Below are positions 48,777 to 57,734 of a DNA stretch of 64,000 nt, in pieces. Numbering within the stretch: position 1 is the stretch's first letter; every line of letters starts with the position of its first letter. A model generated the notes under the pieces. It was not told where the DNA came from. It did no database searches and saw only the letters and a program-made list of their open reading frames with translations. Both the position numbers and the translations under genes were made by a program. The stretch comes from a virus. Its lineage: Duplodnaviria; Caudoviricetes. The stretch is taken from the IMG/VR virus record IMGVR_UViG_3300033802_000250; one strand, 5' to 3'.

Positions 48777-50767
48777 TGGGTATCAAGGAGACTCAGGAGG
48801 ATCTGATTCGGCAAAAGCTCATTCTGGAAGAACTGCGACAGGGCCAGTTTCCAAGCTTATCTGCCATTGAGGAAAAGCTTGCGAGGATTGTAGAAACGCG
48901 GCGGTTGGGATTGCCGCGTTTTACATACCGGCCTATGAACAAAGGCAAAGCGTCAGACACGGACGCCTACAATGCGATGTTCGCCGAAGCAGAAGACGAC
49001 CTCATCACATCTTTCGAGGAAGTCCGGCGGCTGAACAATCGCATTATGGCGCTGTCCAATTACTATGAGTCGAATCGGATCCGCATCGACCGGGAACTGA
49101 AACGCATTGAGTTGAAAACGGAGACGTTGCTTCATCGAAGTCGGTCGCATTTGAACCGCGACGTGCTGTCCGACAACATCAATGATTTCTCCAAGGTCGA
49201 GTTCAAGGGCGACACGGTGCGCAATCTTCCGAGGACGACGGCATTTGTCGATCTGCGGCACAGCGAAGTCCACCTCGATAAAGTCGCACAGCAGACGACA
49301 AAGCACGATCTTTCATCGGCTCGCGTGAGCTTCAAGACACTGACAGATGGTGCCCGCGTCGTTCACTTATCCCCAATACGTGGATGTCTTGTGGATAATT
49401 TGAACGAAGCATGGCGGTCGATCATTCTGTCCCCTGAAGCGAGCGGCGCAATCGGAGAGCTTACAATTTCGCTGGATGCGCCGTTGTACGCTACCAATAT
49501 CAGCATTGATGCACAATGCGGCAGGCCGATGTTGGTGACGCTGTATTTGTCCACAGATGGGGATAACTTTGTGGAATATGAGACGCGCCGGGTTGTATCC
49601 AGTTACCAATGGGTATTTGACCGCACCGCGTTTCAACACATCCGCTTCCGTATGGAAAAGGGTGAGGAAGACAGCATGGATGCGTCGGAGTACGGATATA
49701 TTTTCGGGGCCAAGAGCATCGAGGTACGTGAGGAGCAATATCTGAGCGAAGGGTACTTTGTTTCCAAGCCGTATCCGATCCATCATCACGAGGCCATCGA
49801 CTATATTCATTTGGAGGCCGACGATTATATTCCACCCGGAACGAATATACGGTATTATGTAGGTATGGACTATGGTGACAATGTCATCGAATGGCATGAG
49901 ATCGAAAAGAACCGACCCGTCGAAATGAAGATGGTACAAGCCTACCGGATGGAGATTGACTCTTATGTCGATGGGTATGGCGACCAGCTTTATACAAAGT
50001 TCGGCCACAATTATTACCGGATTGCCAAACTTCCTTTCAAGCCGCTCACCAAAAGCATTCAATTGCTGATGGGGCGTCATATGTGGCTGAAGGAGACGAT
50101 CCCGGCGGAAGTATCGAACCCGGAAGACGGATCGGTTTACCAAACAAGCATCCGGGATTGGATCCGGGCAGGAAGCGCGAGCAAGGAATACATGAACATC
50201 GACAACTATCAGGACATTTTGGCGAAGGATACGTTCCAACGATACACGACCTACGTCTACCTTGAGGAGTCGCTGAGGTACAACGCCGACGTTCATGTCG
50301 ATGCCGACGCTTCACTCGCGATCCTTGTAAACAACAACCAAGTCAAGTCTGTGAACAACATCTACCAACTGCCGTTTCGACCGGGATGGAACAAAATTGA
50401 GGTGCTGACATACTCCCGCAAGGAAGCACAGGAAATCATCTTCAATCTGTATCTGCGGGAAATCAGCGACCGAATCTATGCAAACAATCAGTCGCTTCAA
50501 GAGGTTTCTCTGTACGATCTGCTCAACAATACCAGCATTCGGCTTCACAACCGGTTTGCGGTTGATGATGATTGGAATATTATCGTCAACTACAATCCTA
50601 AAGAAATGGACATCCGGCGGCATGGGGTCGAATATTCGCTGACGTACAATTACAGCGTTTCTCCGCAGACGAATCACCAGTTGCGCTTTATGGCGATCTT
50701 GTCGAAGGAGGATCCGAATAGTTCGGCCTCCCCGCGCCTGAAAGATTACAAGCTGGTGATCGAATAG
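48776..50767 (+). CDS. Virion structural protein, same family
   Basis: SDTDAYNAMFAEAEDDL; LSTDGDNF; EGYFVSKPY; SPRLKDYKL. Confidence 0.7.
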   Translation: MGIKETQEDLIRQKLILEELRQGQFPSLSAIEEKLARIVETRRLGLPRFTYRPMNKGKASDTDAYNAMFAEAEDDLITSFEEVRRLNNRIMALSNYYESNRIRIDRELKRIELKTETLLHRSRSHLNRDVLSDNINDFSKVEFKGDTVRNLPRTTAFVDLRHSEVHLDKVAQQTTKHDLSSARVSFKTLTDGARVVHLSPIRGCLVDNLNEAWRSIILSPEASGAIGELTISLDAPLYATNISIDAQCGRPMLVTLYLSTDGDNFVEYETRRVVSSYQWVFDRTAFQHIRFRMEKGEEDSMDASEYGYIFGAKSIEVREEQYLSEGYFVSKPYPIHHHEAIDYIHLEADDYIPPGTNIRYYVGMDYGDNVIEWHEIEKNRPVEMKMVQAYRMEIDSYVDGYGDQLYTKFGHNYYRIAKLPFKPLTKSIQLLMGRHMWLKETIPAEVSNPEDGSVYQTSIRDWIRAGSASKEYMNIDNYQDILAKDTFQRYTTYVYLEESLRYNADVHVDADASLAILVNNNQVKSVNNIYQLPFRPGWNKIEVLTYSRKEAQEIIFNLYLREISDRIYANNQSLQEVSLYDLLNNTSIRLHNRFAVDDDWNIIVNYNPKEMDIRRHGVEYSLTYNYSVSPQTNHQLRFMAILSKEDPNSSASPRLKDYKLVIE

Positions 50768-50785
50768 CGGGCGGGAGGTTAAGCC

Positions 50786-51031
50786 ATGCGATACCCTGAA
50801 ATGGTCAAAACCAACGCCCGCTATCGGGGGCCGATGGAAAGCGCTAAGCAATCCGGTCAGGCTCTTGATATCGGGCACTCTATCGAAATCCTCAAAGCCG
50901 AGTTCGCTGACCGCGCGGCCAACATCCGGTCGCTGATGGGTAAGGTTATTGAGGAGTACGACAACGCTATTCCGCTTACCACTAAGCAGGTGATGAACCA
51001 AGTGAAGACCATGAAAGGAGGTGAACTATGA
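50786..51031 (+). CDS. Small protein consisting mostly of the family N-terminal motif
   Basis: PEMVKTNARYRGPMESAK...; RBS ggagg. Confidence 0.65.
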   Translation: MRYPEMVKTNARYRGPMESAKQSGQALDIGHSIEILKAEFADRAANIRSLMGKVIEEYDNAIPLTTKQVMNQVKTMKGGEL

Positions 51032-52227
51032 TGTCAAAAGCCCCTCAGTACCAACAGCACACTGTCCGTTTTCGTGACTCTGCTGAGTCCAGCAGGTTCA
51101 ACAGCCACACGCAAAGCGTTTTTTACGATCTCACGGAATTGTTCAACATCGCCAACGAGCAGGAACGGGAGATCCAGCGTATTCGTGAGTTCTTTGAAGT
51201 CGGATCCCACTTTGCGCAGGATCAAATGGATCAAATGCGCAATCTGGTGAGGTCGCTTCAAGAAGACCTTTATGCCGCACAGAGGCCGGGCGAAGTCTAC
51301 ACCAAGACGTTATTCGTCACGGACATACGCGCGGATGAGTCTGTTCCCGAATACGAGCGGGCCTTTGTTGACGCCCAACATGACATCGTAACACTTCCCG
51401 CTTCGGATCGTTCAGGTTCCAAGCTTTACATTTATGACGATGTCAATCGTGAGTACATCGTGCCAAACACGCTGAAATATTCGATCACCCCGGAGGCGAA
51501 CGGATTCGACATTCAGGAGAATGACTTCATCAACGCGCTGACGCCGGACGAGTTTAAGTTCTGGCATCGCAAGTATGTGTACTTCTCCGGCCTCAAGAAC
51601 GAGGTGGAATGTCAAATCACGATTACCTTGCCGGATAACATCATCTCTAGCCGCGATGTGAACACGATATACATACATCCATTCCCGCTCCGTGCGGTGG
51701 ACATTCGCAACGTCGAATACCACCTGAACGGCGGGTGGAAGACGGTTCCGGGCTTTACTCCGATTGATGATGCGGGCAACGTCAAGTTGTGCTTCAGCCC
51801 GACCGCCATGAAAGAAATCCGCATCACGCTTCGTCAACGGCACGCTATCCAGAAAGGCAACAAAACCGTGTTCCATATGGGGCTTCGAGAGATTGGCGTG
51901 TTCTATCACGATTACCAGTCCGGCATTGGGCGGTTTGAAATTCCGGTGGAGTTCAACCCTGCGTTCATCAACAAAGAGATCGTGGGGATCAATCCGATAT
52001 ACCAAAACGAAACGGCATTGTCGGTTCACCAAACGGGTACGAGGCTTTTGACATTCAAGGTCTATGAGGTCGATGAGAATGGAAAGCTCCATTACCTCAA
52101 CGACACCTTCCCGATCCAAGTCAAGAGGAACAAGGTTCTGCTCAAGGGTATCATGAGTATCGACCGAAATACACGAGCAACCCCAACACTCTCTGCTGTC
52201 GAGTTGCTGTATAAAGGCGATTCGTAG
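51028..52227 (+). CDS. Virion structural protein, same family
   Basis: VRFRDSAESSRFN...DLTELF; TPTLSAVEL; RBS aaaggaggtg. Confidence 0.7.
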   Translation: MMSKAPQYQQHTVRFRDSAESSRFNSHTQSVFYDLTELFNIANEQEREIQRIREFFEVGSHFAQDQMDQMRNLVRSLQEDLYAAQRPGEVYTKTLFVTDIRADESVPEYERAFVDAQHDIVTLPASDRSGSKLYIYDDVNREYIVPNTLKYSITPEANGFDIQENDFINALTPDEFKFWHRKYVYFSGLKNEVECQITITLPDNIISSRDVNTIYIHPFPLRAVDIRNVEYHLNGGWKTVPGFTPIDDAGNVKLCFSPTAMKEIRITLRQRHAIQKGNKTVFHMGLREIGVFYHDYQSGIGRFEIPVEFNPAFINKEIVGINPIYQNETALSVHQTGTRLLTFKVYEVDENGKLHYLNDTFPIQVKRNKVLLKGIMSIDRNTRATPTLSAVELLYKGDS

Positions 52228-52251
52228 TTTACCGTAGAGGGGGTTATCCCC

Positions 52252-52650
52252 ATGCATCGTTTGAAACGATGGCTCCAGCCATTCTTGGACAATGTCAAAG
52301 TGATCGAAACATCGCTTATCGCATTGTCCTTGTGGTGGGCATTCATTCTTGTCCTGCCGCTGACGACATTCGACTCCAGCCCCTCTTATGCGGCGATGGC
52401 GAAAATTGCAAAAGAGGAGGTGTGGTCACTCGTCTTCTTCGTACTCGCGGCTATGAAGTTGTACGGCATGATCTTCGAGAAATTTCGCATCAGAATTGTA
52501 GCACACAGTATCTCAGCGGGACTTTGGTTGTTCGTCGCCGCCATGTTTGCAGTAGGAAACATTGCGACAACCGCGACGGGCACGTACTTCATTGTGTTTT
52601 GCCTGACATCCTACGTGTGCTATAAAGTAGGTGAGCAACGTGGCGACTGA
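52252..52650 (+). CDS. Multi-pass membrane protein (holin-like)
   Basis: About four hydrophobic segments; at the end of the late operon. Confidence 0.6.
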   Translation: MHRLKRWLQPFLDNVKVIETSLIALSLWWAFILVLPLTTFDSSPSYAAMAKIAKEEVWSLVFFVLAAMKLYGMIFEKFRIRIVAHSISAGLWLFVAAMFAVGNIATTATGTYFIVFCLTSYVCYKVGEQRGD

Positions 52651-52903
52651 AGTAATCGTTGCTCTCATTGGCGGCGTAGGAACAATTGCTGGTGCGGTTC
52701 TCGGTTTTCTCGGCACTCGCAAAGGCTCTCTGGCGAAGGCCGAAAAAGACTTCCGGGACACGATCATCAAGGAGAACAAAGAACTCCGCAATCGTGTTGA
52801 CGAACTGGAAGACGAACTCATGGCGGCCAACCGCAGGTTGCTGAAGATCGAAGCGATTTGTATCAAAGCCGGGCTGGTGATCGACGATGAAGAAGAAGAA
52901 TAA
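52631..52903 (+). CDS. Single-pass membrane protein with coiled coil (holin/antiholin-like)
   Basis: EVIVALIGGVGTIAGAVLGFLG followed by heptads. Confidence 0.6.
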   Translation: MSNVATEVIVALIGGVGTIAGAVLGFLGTRKGSLAKAEKDFRDTIIKENKELRNRVDELEDELMAANRRLLKIEAICIKAGLVIDDEEEE

Positions 52904-53201
52904 AAGCAATAGCTTCTGGCGCGACGGTTTTTCCATCGACGAAACGCGCGTCAGCGCAATGATTATTCTGCTGTACTTCTTCTCGGCGATTGCCGCGTAC
53001 AAGTACGTAGATGCGGGTGACTTCTCCACGAACATGCTTCAGCTTTTAATTGCGCTCATCACCGCCATCGCGGGCGCAAACATTGCTGAAAGCTTCGCGA
53101 GCCGGATGAACGACCGGCTCCCGTATCGCGGAGAACCTTACAGTCCGACAACTATCGAGCGTTCTTTGGACGAAGACGACAGAGGACGACCGACCATCTA
53201 A
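52887..53201 (+). CDS. Two-pass membrane protein (holin-like)
   Basis: Basic N-terminus, two hydrophobic helices, charged tail. Confidence 0.6.
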   Translation: MKKKNKSNSFWRDGFSIDETRVSAMIILLYFFSAIAAYKYVDAGDFSTNMLQLLIALITAIAGANIAESFASRMNDRLPYRGEPYSPTTIERSLDEDDRGRPTI

Positions 53202-53206
53202 ACAAC

Positions 53207-53241
53207 GACAGCCTTCGGCGACGAGGGCTGTCAATTATTTT
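53207..53241 (+). terminator. Rho-independent terminator ending the late operon
   Basis: gacagccttcg-gcga-cgagggctgtc followed by aattatttt. Confidence 0.7.
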
Positions 53242-53264
53242 ATTGATAATTGTAACATACTCGA

Positions 53265-53293
53265 TTGCCGAAAGGGTTACAATAGAGTATAAT
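53265..53293 (+). promoter_or_regulatory. SigmaA-type promoter TTGCCG-17-TATAAT
   Basis: -35 at 53265-70, -10 at 53288-93, AT-rich upstream sequence, RBS aaaggagg downstream. Confidence 0.8.
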
Positions 53294-53321
53294 TAGACAT
53301 ATATAGCAAAGGAGGCCGTCT

Positions 53322-54068
53322 ATGAACCAGTTGCCTATGAATTTCGGCACGTTGATGGATGTGTTCAACGTCGAAGTGCCGAGCAACCTCCGCAAACTCG
53401 TGGATGAGCCCATCAACGAGGATTTGATGAAAAAGAACAAATACGCCAACAACTCCGAATACGTGCCGGAGTCGGTGTACAAGAAGATTCTGAACAAAAT
53501 CTCCGGGTACAAATGGTCGTTCCTCCCGCTCTCGTATAACGAGAAGGGAGATGGCAAGGGCTCTTACGTCGAGTTCATTGGCCTGCTGATCGTGCCCGGC
53601 TACGGCGTACATACCGGCATCGGCAGTTGTCCACTCAACAAGGGTAACAATCAGAACGCGCTGGCGGCGGCCAAAACCTACGCGCTGAAGAATGCGTGCA
53701 AGGAAATGGGACTTGCGCCGAACGTCGGCGATGACGATTGGGATCAGCCGATCTTCGAGACCGAAGTGGAGGAGGTCATCGAGGAGAAGCGCAAGGAAGT
53801 AGAGAAGAACAAGAAGAAAAAGAAGAAGGACAAAGGAAAGGATAAGGCCAAGTCTGACGAATCTGAGTCTGATTATCTGCCCAAGGATCTTCGGAATCAG
53901 ATCAAAGAACTGAGGGCCGCCTATGAACTGGAGTCCGACGATGACCTTGTCGCCTTCCTGCAAATCTGGAACGAGGAAATCCTTGACCCGGATGAGATGG
54001 ATGAGGCGCAATGGCGGAAGTTCTTCAAATACTTCGAGAAAAACAAAGAGGAATTTGAGGACTTCTGA
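53322..54068 (+). CDS. Rad52/Sak-family single-strand annealing protein
   Basis: EYVPESVYKKILNKISGYKWSF...TGIG...AAAKTYALKNACKEMGL; acidic-Phe C-terminal tail. Confidence 0.75.
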   Translation: MNQLPMNFGTLMDVFNVEVPSNLRKLVDEPINEDLMKKNKYANNSEYVPESVYKKILNKISGYKWSFLPLSYNEKGDGKGSYVEFIGLLIVPGYGVHTGIGSCPLNKGNNQNALAAAKTYALKNACKEMGLAPNVGDDDWDQPIFETEVEEVIEEKRKEVEKNKKKKKKDKGKDKAKSDESESDYLPKDLRNQIKELRAAYELESDDDLVAFLQIWNEEILDPDEMDEAQWRKFFKYFEKNKEEFEDF

Positions 54069-54088
54069 CGAATACGACAATACTGTAG

Positions 54089-54117
54089 CGGGTGGGGATA
54101 TCAAAATCCTCACCCGA
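54089..54117 (+). other. Intergenic stem-loop
   Basis: cgggtggggat-atcaaa-atcctcacccg; no U-tract. Confidence 0.55.
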
Positions 54118-54141
54118 TACTTGTAGGAGTTGGGAAGAATA

Positions 54142-54819
54142 ATGACATCCGTTTTCGACCTCGTGTATGATTATATGGACAGATTCTTCCCGGGCGAAAA
54201 ACTGAATAAGAAGGAAAAGCAAACCATCCATAACGAGATCAAGAAGGTTCTCCGGTATGGATGGTGTTCCGTTGATATCACCCGACGCTTCCGCGACATC
54301 AAACGGAAACATCCTGACCTGAAAACACTCAAGGTGTCCCGTCTGTTTTCAGGCCGCAAACCGCCGCAGAAGAATCTGCTCGACCCGGATGTCTTCTACT
54401 ATCACAACGTCCTGCGCATCACCTGCAAGCCGCCGCGCAGGGAGATTGATATAGACTCCGGCGAAATCATCAACATCAGCGAGCCTTATTTCTTGGAGAT
54501 GCGGGCCTGCTTTACGATGGACGACTTGATCGACTACTATTGCAAGCAATTTCGGATCAAGCTTCACAAGCAGGAACGCGCCCGATATGCAGGTGCATTT
54601 CAATGGCTTCTCAAGATGATCGACATCGAAATCATCCTGTTCATGATTGACGTGGCCGCCAACACCTGCTTATCCGAGGACAAGCCTGCTCCATCAACAC
54701 CTATGGATATCCGCAAATATGTCCGGGAAGCGATGGAGATCCGCGACCTCAAGGAAACGGAGGCCGTCCTGTCTGGAGGGAACAAAGTTGTCCGAAAGAA
54801 AAGAACTCGATCAGGTTGA
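54142..54819 (+). CDS. Hypothetical replication-module protein
   Basis: Lies between the annealase and the primase; RBS aggag. Confidence 0.7.
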   Translation: MTSVFDLVYDYMDRFFPGEKLNKKEKQTIHNEIKKVLRYGWCSVDITRRFRDIKRKHPDLKTLKVSRLFSGRKPPQKNLLDPDVFYYHNVLRITCKPPRREIDIDSGEIINISEPYFLEMRACFTMDDLIDYYCKQFRIKLHKQERARYAGAFQWLLKMIDIEIILFMIDVAANTCLSEDKPAPSTPMDIRKYVREAMEIRDLKETEAVLSGGNKVVRKKRTRSG

Positions 54820-55825
54820 AGTCGGTGTGCGGTTTTCGTCCGGGGCGTTCACTCGCAACATCTTCATGCATGTCAGCGAGATTCCCAAAATACGCAAAAA
54901 GCACAAGAACACCGGCGTCTACGTATCGGCCTACCGGTACGAAAATGCAGAGGACAAAACCAACAGCTTGCTGATTGGGGATCTGTATATCGACCTCGAT
55001 ATTGACGATCTGAAAGACCCAAGCGTTGCTCATATGGCATTCGAGAAGATTCGTGACGATGCCATTAAGGTCGTCAGCTTCTTCGCCGCAATCTTCCACA
55101 TTGACGAATCCATGATCCATATTTACTACAGTGGCCAGAAAGGGATTCACATCATTGTTCCGTACCAGATCCTCGGCATCACGCCGATGAAGGAACTAAA
55201 CCACATCTTCCATCTGGTCGCCAACGAAGCGCATCGCATGACGCGGTACAAAACGGTTGACCTTCGTATCTACGACAACGCACGGCTGTTTTCCCTGCCG
55301 GGCGGAATCCACCCGGAAACGGGTCGATACAAGATTCCATTGACCTTCGACGAGCTTCGCACTCTCACATTTGACAAGGTCAAAAAGTTAGCACAGAAAC
55401 CACGTCACATCGAATACACCGAGCCTCGATACAACACCAAGGCGAATCGAGTGTTTCGTTCGTACATAGAATCTTGGGAGAAGGAGAAGGAGGAAAAGGC
55501 GAAGCGTGAAAATCAGCGCGGCGACCGCAAACTGAATTTCTGCCCGCCTTGTATCGAATCAATCCTCAACCGCCAGTGTATGCCGGGCTCACGCAACAAT
55601 ACGGCGGCGGCCCTTACCAGCTACTTCCGACAGCGCGGCTACAGCAAAAAGAAAAGCTGGAACAAGCTTCAGGAATGGAATAACAAGTATGCTGGCCTAC
55701 CCAAGCGGGAACTTGAACGAACATTCGAGAGCATCTTCAATCGAGACTACGTTTACGGATGCTCAACGCTGGAGCAACTCGGAACATGCTTGAAGAACGA
55801 ATGTAAGATCGGCAGGAACCGTTAG
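54788..55825 (+). CDS. Archaeo-eukaryotic-type (AEP) primase with PriCT/PriL-like C-terminus
   Basis: TTG start after ggaggg. Motifs LYIDLDID, YSGQKGIH, VDLRIYD...RLFSLPG. C-terminal CPPC...GSRNN...YGC. Confidence 0.85.
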   Translation: MSERKELDQVEVGVRFSSGAFTRNIFMHVSEIPKIRKKHKNTGVYVSAYRYENAEDKTNSLLIGDLYIDLDIDDLKDPSVAHMAFEKIRDDAIKVVSFFAAIFHIDESMIHIYYSGQKGIHIIVPYQILGITPMKELNHIFHLVANEAHRMTRYKTVDLRIYDNARLFSLPGGIHPETGRYKIPLTFDELRTLTFDKVKKLAQKPRHIEYTEPRYNTKANRVFRSYIESWEKEKEEKAKRENQRGDRKLNFCPPCIESILNRQCMPGSRNNTAAALTSYFRQRGYSKKKSWNKLQEWNNKYAGLPKRELERTFESIFNRDYVYGCSTLEQLGTCLKNECKIGRNR

Positions 55826-55835
55826 GGGGCATACC

Positions 55836-56945
55836 ATGCAGGAAAGGGTTTGGAAAGATGATTTTGAATACTACGCTCAGCCACATTGGGAGGAAGCTTA
55901 TTGGCGAGCTGTTGATCCCAGTGTGCTTCCAAAGTCTAAAAAGATCCACAAAGACGCAGACATCCAAGACGCCCCGGCCCATCTCCGGGAATACGAGCGG
56001 GAGATGTGGGACACCCTCAACCAGTTTGAGGAGAAATCATGGAGCCCGGATAATCAGGGATTCACGACAGGTTTCGTCGGCATTGATCGAGCGCTCAACG
56101 GCTTGCAGAAGGGCTTCCATATCATCGCTGGTGACTCGAACATCGGCAAGACTTCATTCATAAGCCAGATGTCGTGGAACGTTGCAACAATGAACCGCAA
56201 CGTCTATGTCATCGACTTCAGTCTTGATGATCCAATTGACGAGAAGCTATCGCGGATGATTGCATCCGGCATGAAAGTGCTGATCAACGCCGTCAAGAGC
56301 CCGCGCCAGTACAAGAAGTTTCCGAAGATGCTGGAGCGCCGCAAACGCGGCCTTCAAAAGCTTCGTGACATGGTCAATTGTTACAAGGCGTACGACCAGA
56401 ACCATTCGACTGACGTGGAGGACATCAAGGAAACCATTCAGCGCCACATGATCGCGCTCAAGGAAGCGGGAGAGGATCGGAAAGTCATCGTCTTCATTGA
56501 CAACTTCCATGACCTTACCACGAAGGCGAAGGAAGCGCAGGGCGGCGACAAGCAGAAGTACGACTATTTGGCACAGTTCGTGTCGGATATGGCGAACCAG
56601 TTTGAGATCCCCATTGTCTGTACCGCCGAGTTCAAGAAGTTGAACGGGTTCCGTAGACCGGGCATTGATGACATTCGTGAGACTGTTAAAATTAAGTATG
56701 AAGCGAAGTCCATCATGCTCTGCTACAACGAAGTATCGTTGAAGGGCGAAGCGGCATCCGTCTACTTCGAGAAGGCGGGCGAAGATGCAAAACAACCGGT
56801 CTACGAGGTTAAGTTCGCCAAGAACAAATACACCAAATTCAAAGGCCGTGTCTTCTTTGAAGGGTATCCCGAGATGGCGTATTTCGTTGAAGCCGACGAG
56901 GAATCAACGAAACGATACAACCACGCAATCTATTCCAATGAGTAA
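55836..56945 (+). CDS. DnaB-like (SF4) replicative helicase
   Basis: GFTTGFVGID, Walker A AGDSNIGKTS, Walker B VFIDNFH, RRPGIDDIRET, KFAKNK. Confidence 0.85.
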   Translation: MQERVWKDDFEYYAQPHWEEAYWRAVDPSVLPKSKKIHKDADIQDAPAHLREYEREMWDTLNQFEEKSWSPDNQGFTTGFVGIDRALNGLQKGFHIIAGDSNIGKTSFISQMSWNVATMNRNVYVIDFSLDDPIDEKLSRMIASGMKVLINAVKSPRQYKKFPKMLERRKRGLQKLRDMVNCYKAYDQNHSTDVEDIKETIQRHMIALKEAGEDRKVIVFIDNFHDLTTKAKEAQGGDKQKYDYLAQFVSDMANQFEIPIVCTAEFKKLNGFRRPGIDDIRETVKIKYEAKSIMLCYNEVSLKGEAASVYFEKAGEDAKQPVYEVKFAKNKYTKFKGRVFFEGYPEMAYFVEADEESTKRYNHAIYSNE

Positions 56946-56958
56946 GGAGTGGCGATGG

Positions 56959-57219
56959 ATGTGGAAAACAATCAAAAGCTACCTGCTGTCCTTCACTATT
57001 CTGACGTTGTTGTGTGCAATGGTCACACACTTCATCAGCGATCTGATTCTTGAAATCTGGGAAAGCTTCGGCACCGTACCGGATGTCGCCGAAACATGGA
57101 TTACCTATGGTGTTATGATATGCATTATCTTCGGCGTTTTATTCTCAGATTTCAGCCTTTTCATCAGCATCAACAGCAAGACCTTTCGATACCAGCATTG
57201 GAGGAGAACTTGGAAATGA
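56959..57219 (+). CDS. Small two-pass membrane protein
   Basis: RBS aaggag; MWKTIKSYLLSFTILTLL... Confidence 0.65.
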   Translation: MWKTIKSYLLSFTILTLLCAMVTHFISDLILEIWESFGTVPDVAETWITYGVMICIIFGVLFSDFSLFISINSKTFRYQHWRRTWK

Positions 57220-57566
57220 AACTTCGCAATCTCGGTCAAGTGAGAATAACGGATGAGGCGCTGGCTCGCCTGCTTGGTATCCCGGAGGATTGCAAGCCGA
57301 TGGTGATGTCGGTGGATAGCAGACGACGCACCCTCACGCTGATGTTTGAGTCGAAAAAGCCGATCCCCGGCCTGACGTTACCTGTCGTCGAAGCGCAAGA
57401 ACCGCCGAGCTACGCTCTGCCAGCGGAAATCCCGGATGAAGGGCCGATCCCTCTGGCGTATCTGAAGATCTATCACGAAGTACGCCAACGGCTTACCAAA
57501 GAGGAGCCCGTCGATCCTGTCATTTATGACATTGACGAGGATAACAAGGAGGACACATTATGCTGA
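57216..57566 (+). CDS. Hypothetical protein
   Basis: RBS ggagg; ATGA overlap. Confidence 0.65.
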   Translation: MKLRNLGQVRITDEALARLLGIPEDCKPMVMSVDSRRRTLTLMFESKKPIPGLTLPVVEAQEPPSYALPAEIPDEGPIPLAYLKIYHEVRQRLTKEEPVDPVIYDIDEDNKEDTLC

Positions 57567-57730
57567 ATTGGCCTACAGCGATTGCGTTGATTATCTCGTT
57601 GGGGATGATTTACGGAATGGTCTCCGATTGGATCGACCGTAAGCGGCCACGTCCCACGCATTGCGTTCGGTGCCTTCGCGAACTCGGCGAAGACGTGATT
57701 CAGAAGCATCAAGAAAGAGTGGAGGACTGA
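57560..57730 (+). CDS. Small membrane-anchored protein with CxxC (56 aa; not in the ORF track)
   Basis: RBS aaggagg; MLNWPTAIALIISLGMIYGMVSDW...HCVRC. Confidence 0.65.
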   Translation: MLNWPTAIALIISLGMIYGMVSDWIDRKRPRPTHCVRCLRELGEDVIQKHQERVED

Positions 57731-57734
57731 AGCC

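Noticed and set aside
53800-53850. AAG-rich microsatellite-like run
   Set aside because: Encodes a Lys-rich linker; imperfect, with no sign of a phase-variable tract.
54788-56945. Inteins or introns in primase/helicase
   Set aside because: Proteins are compact, with no C/S...HN splice motifs or homing endonuclease.
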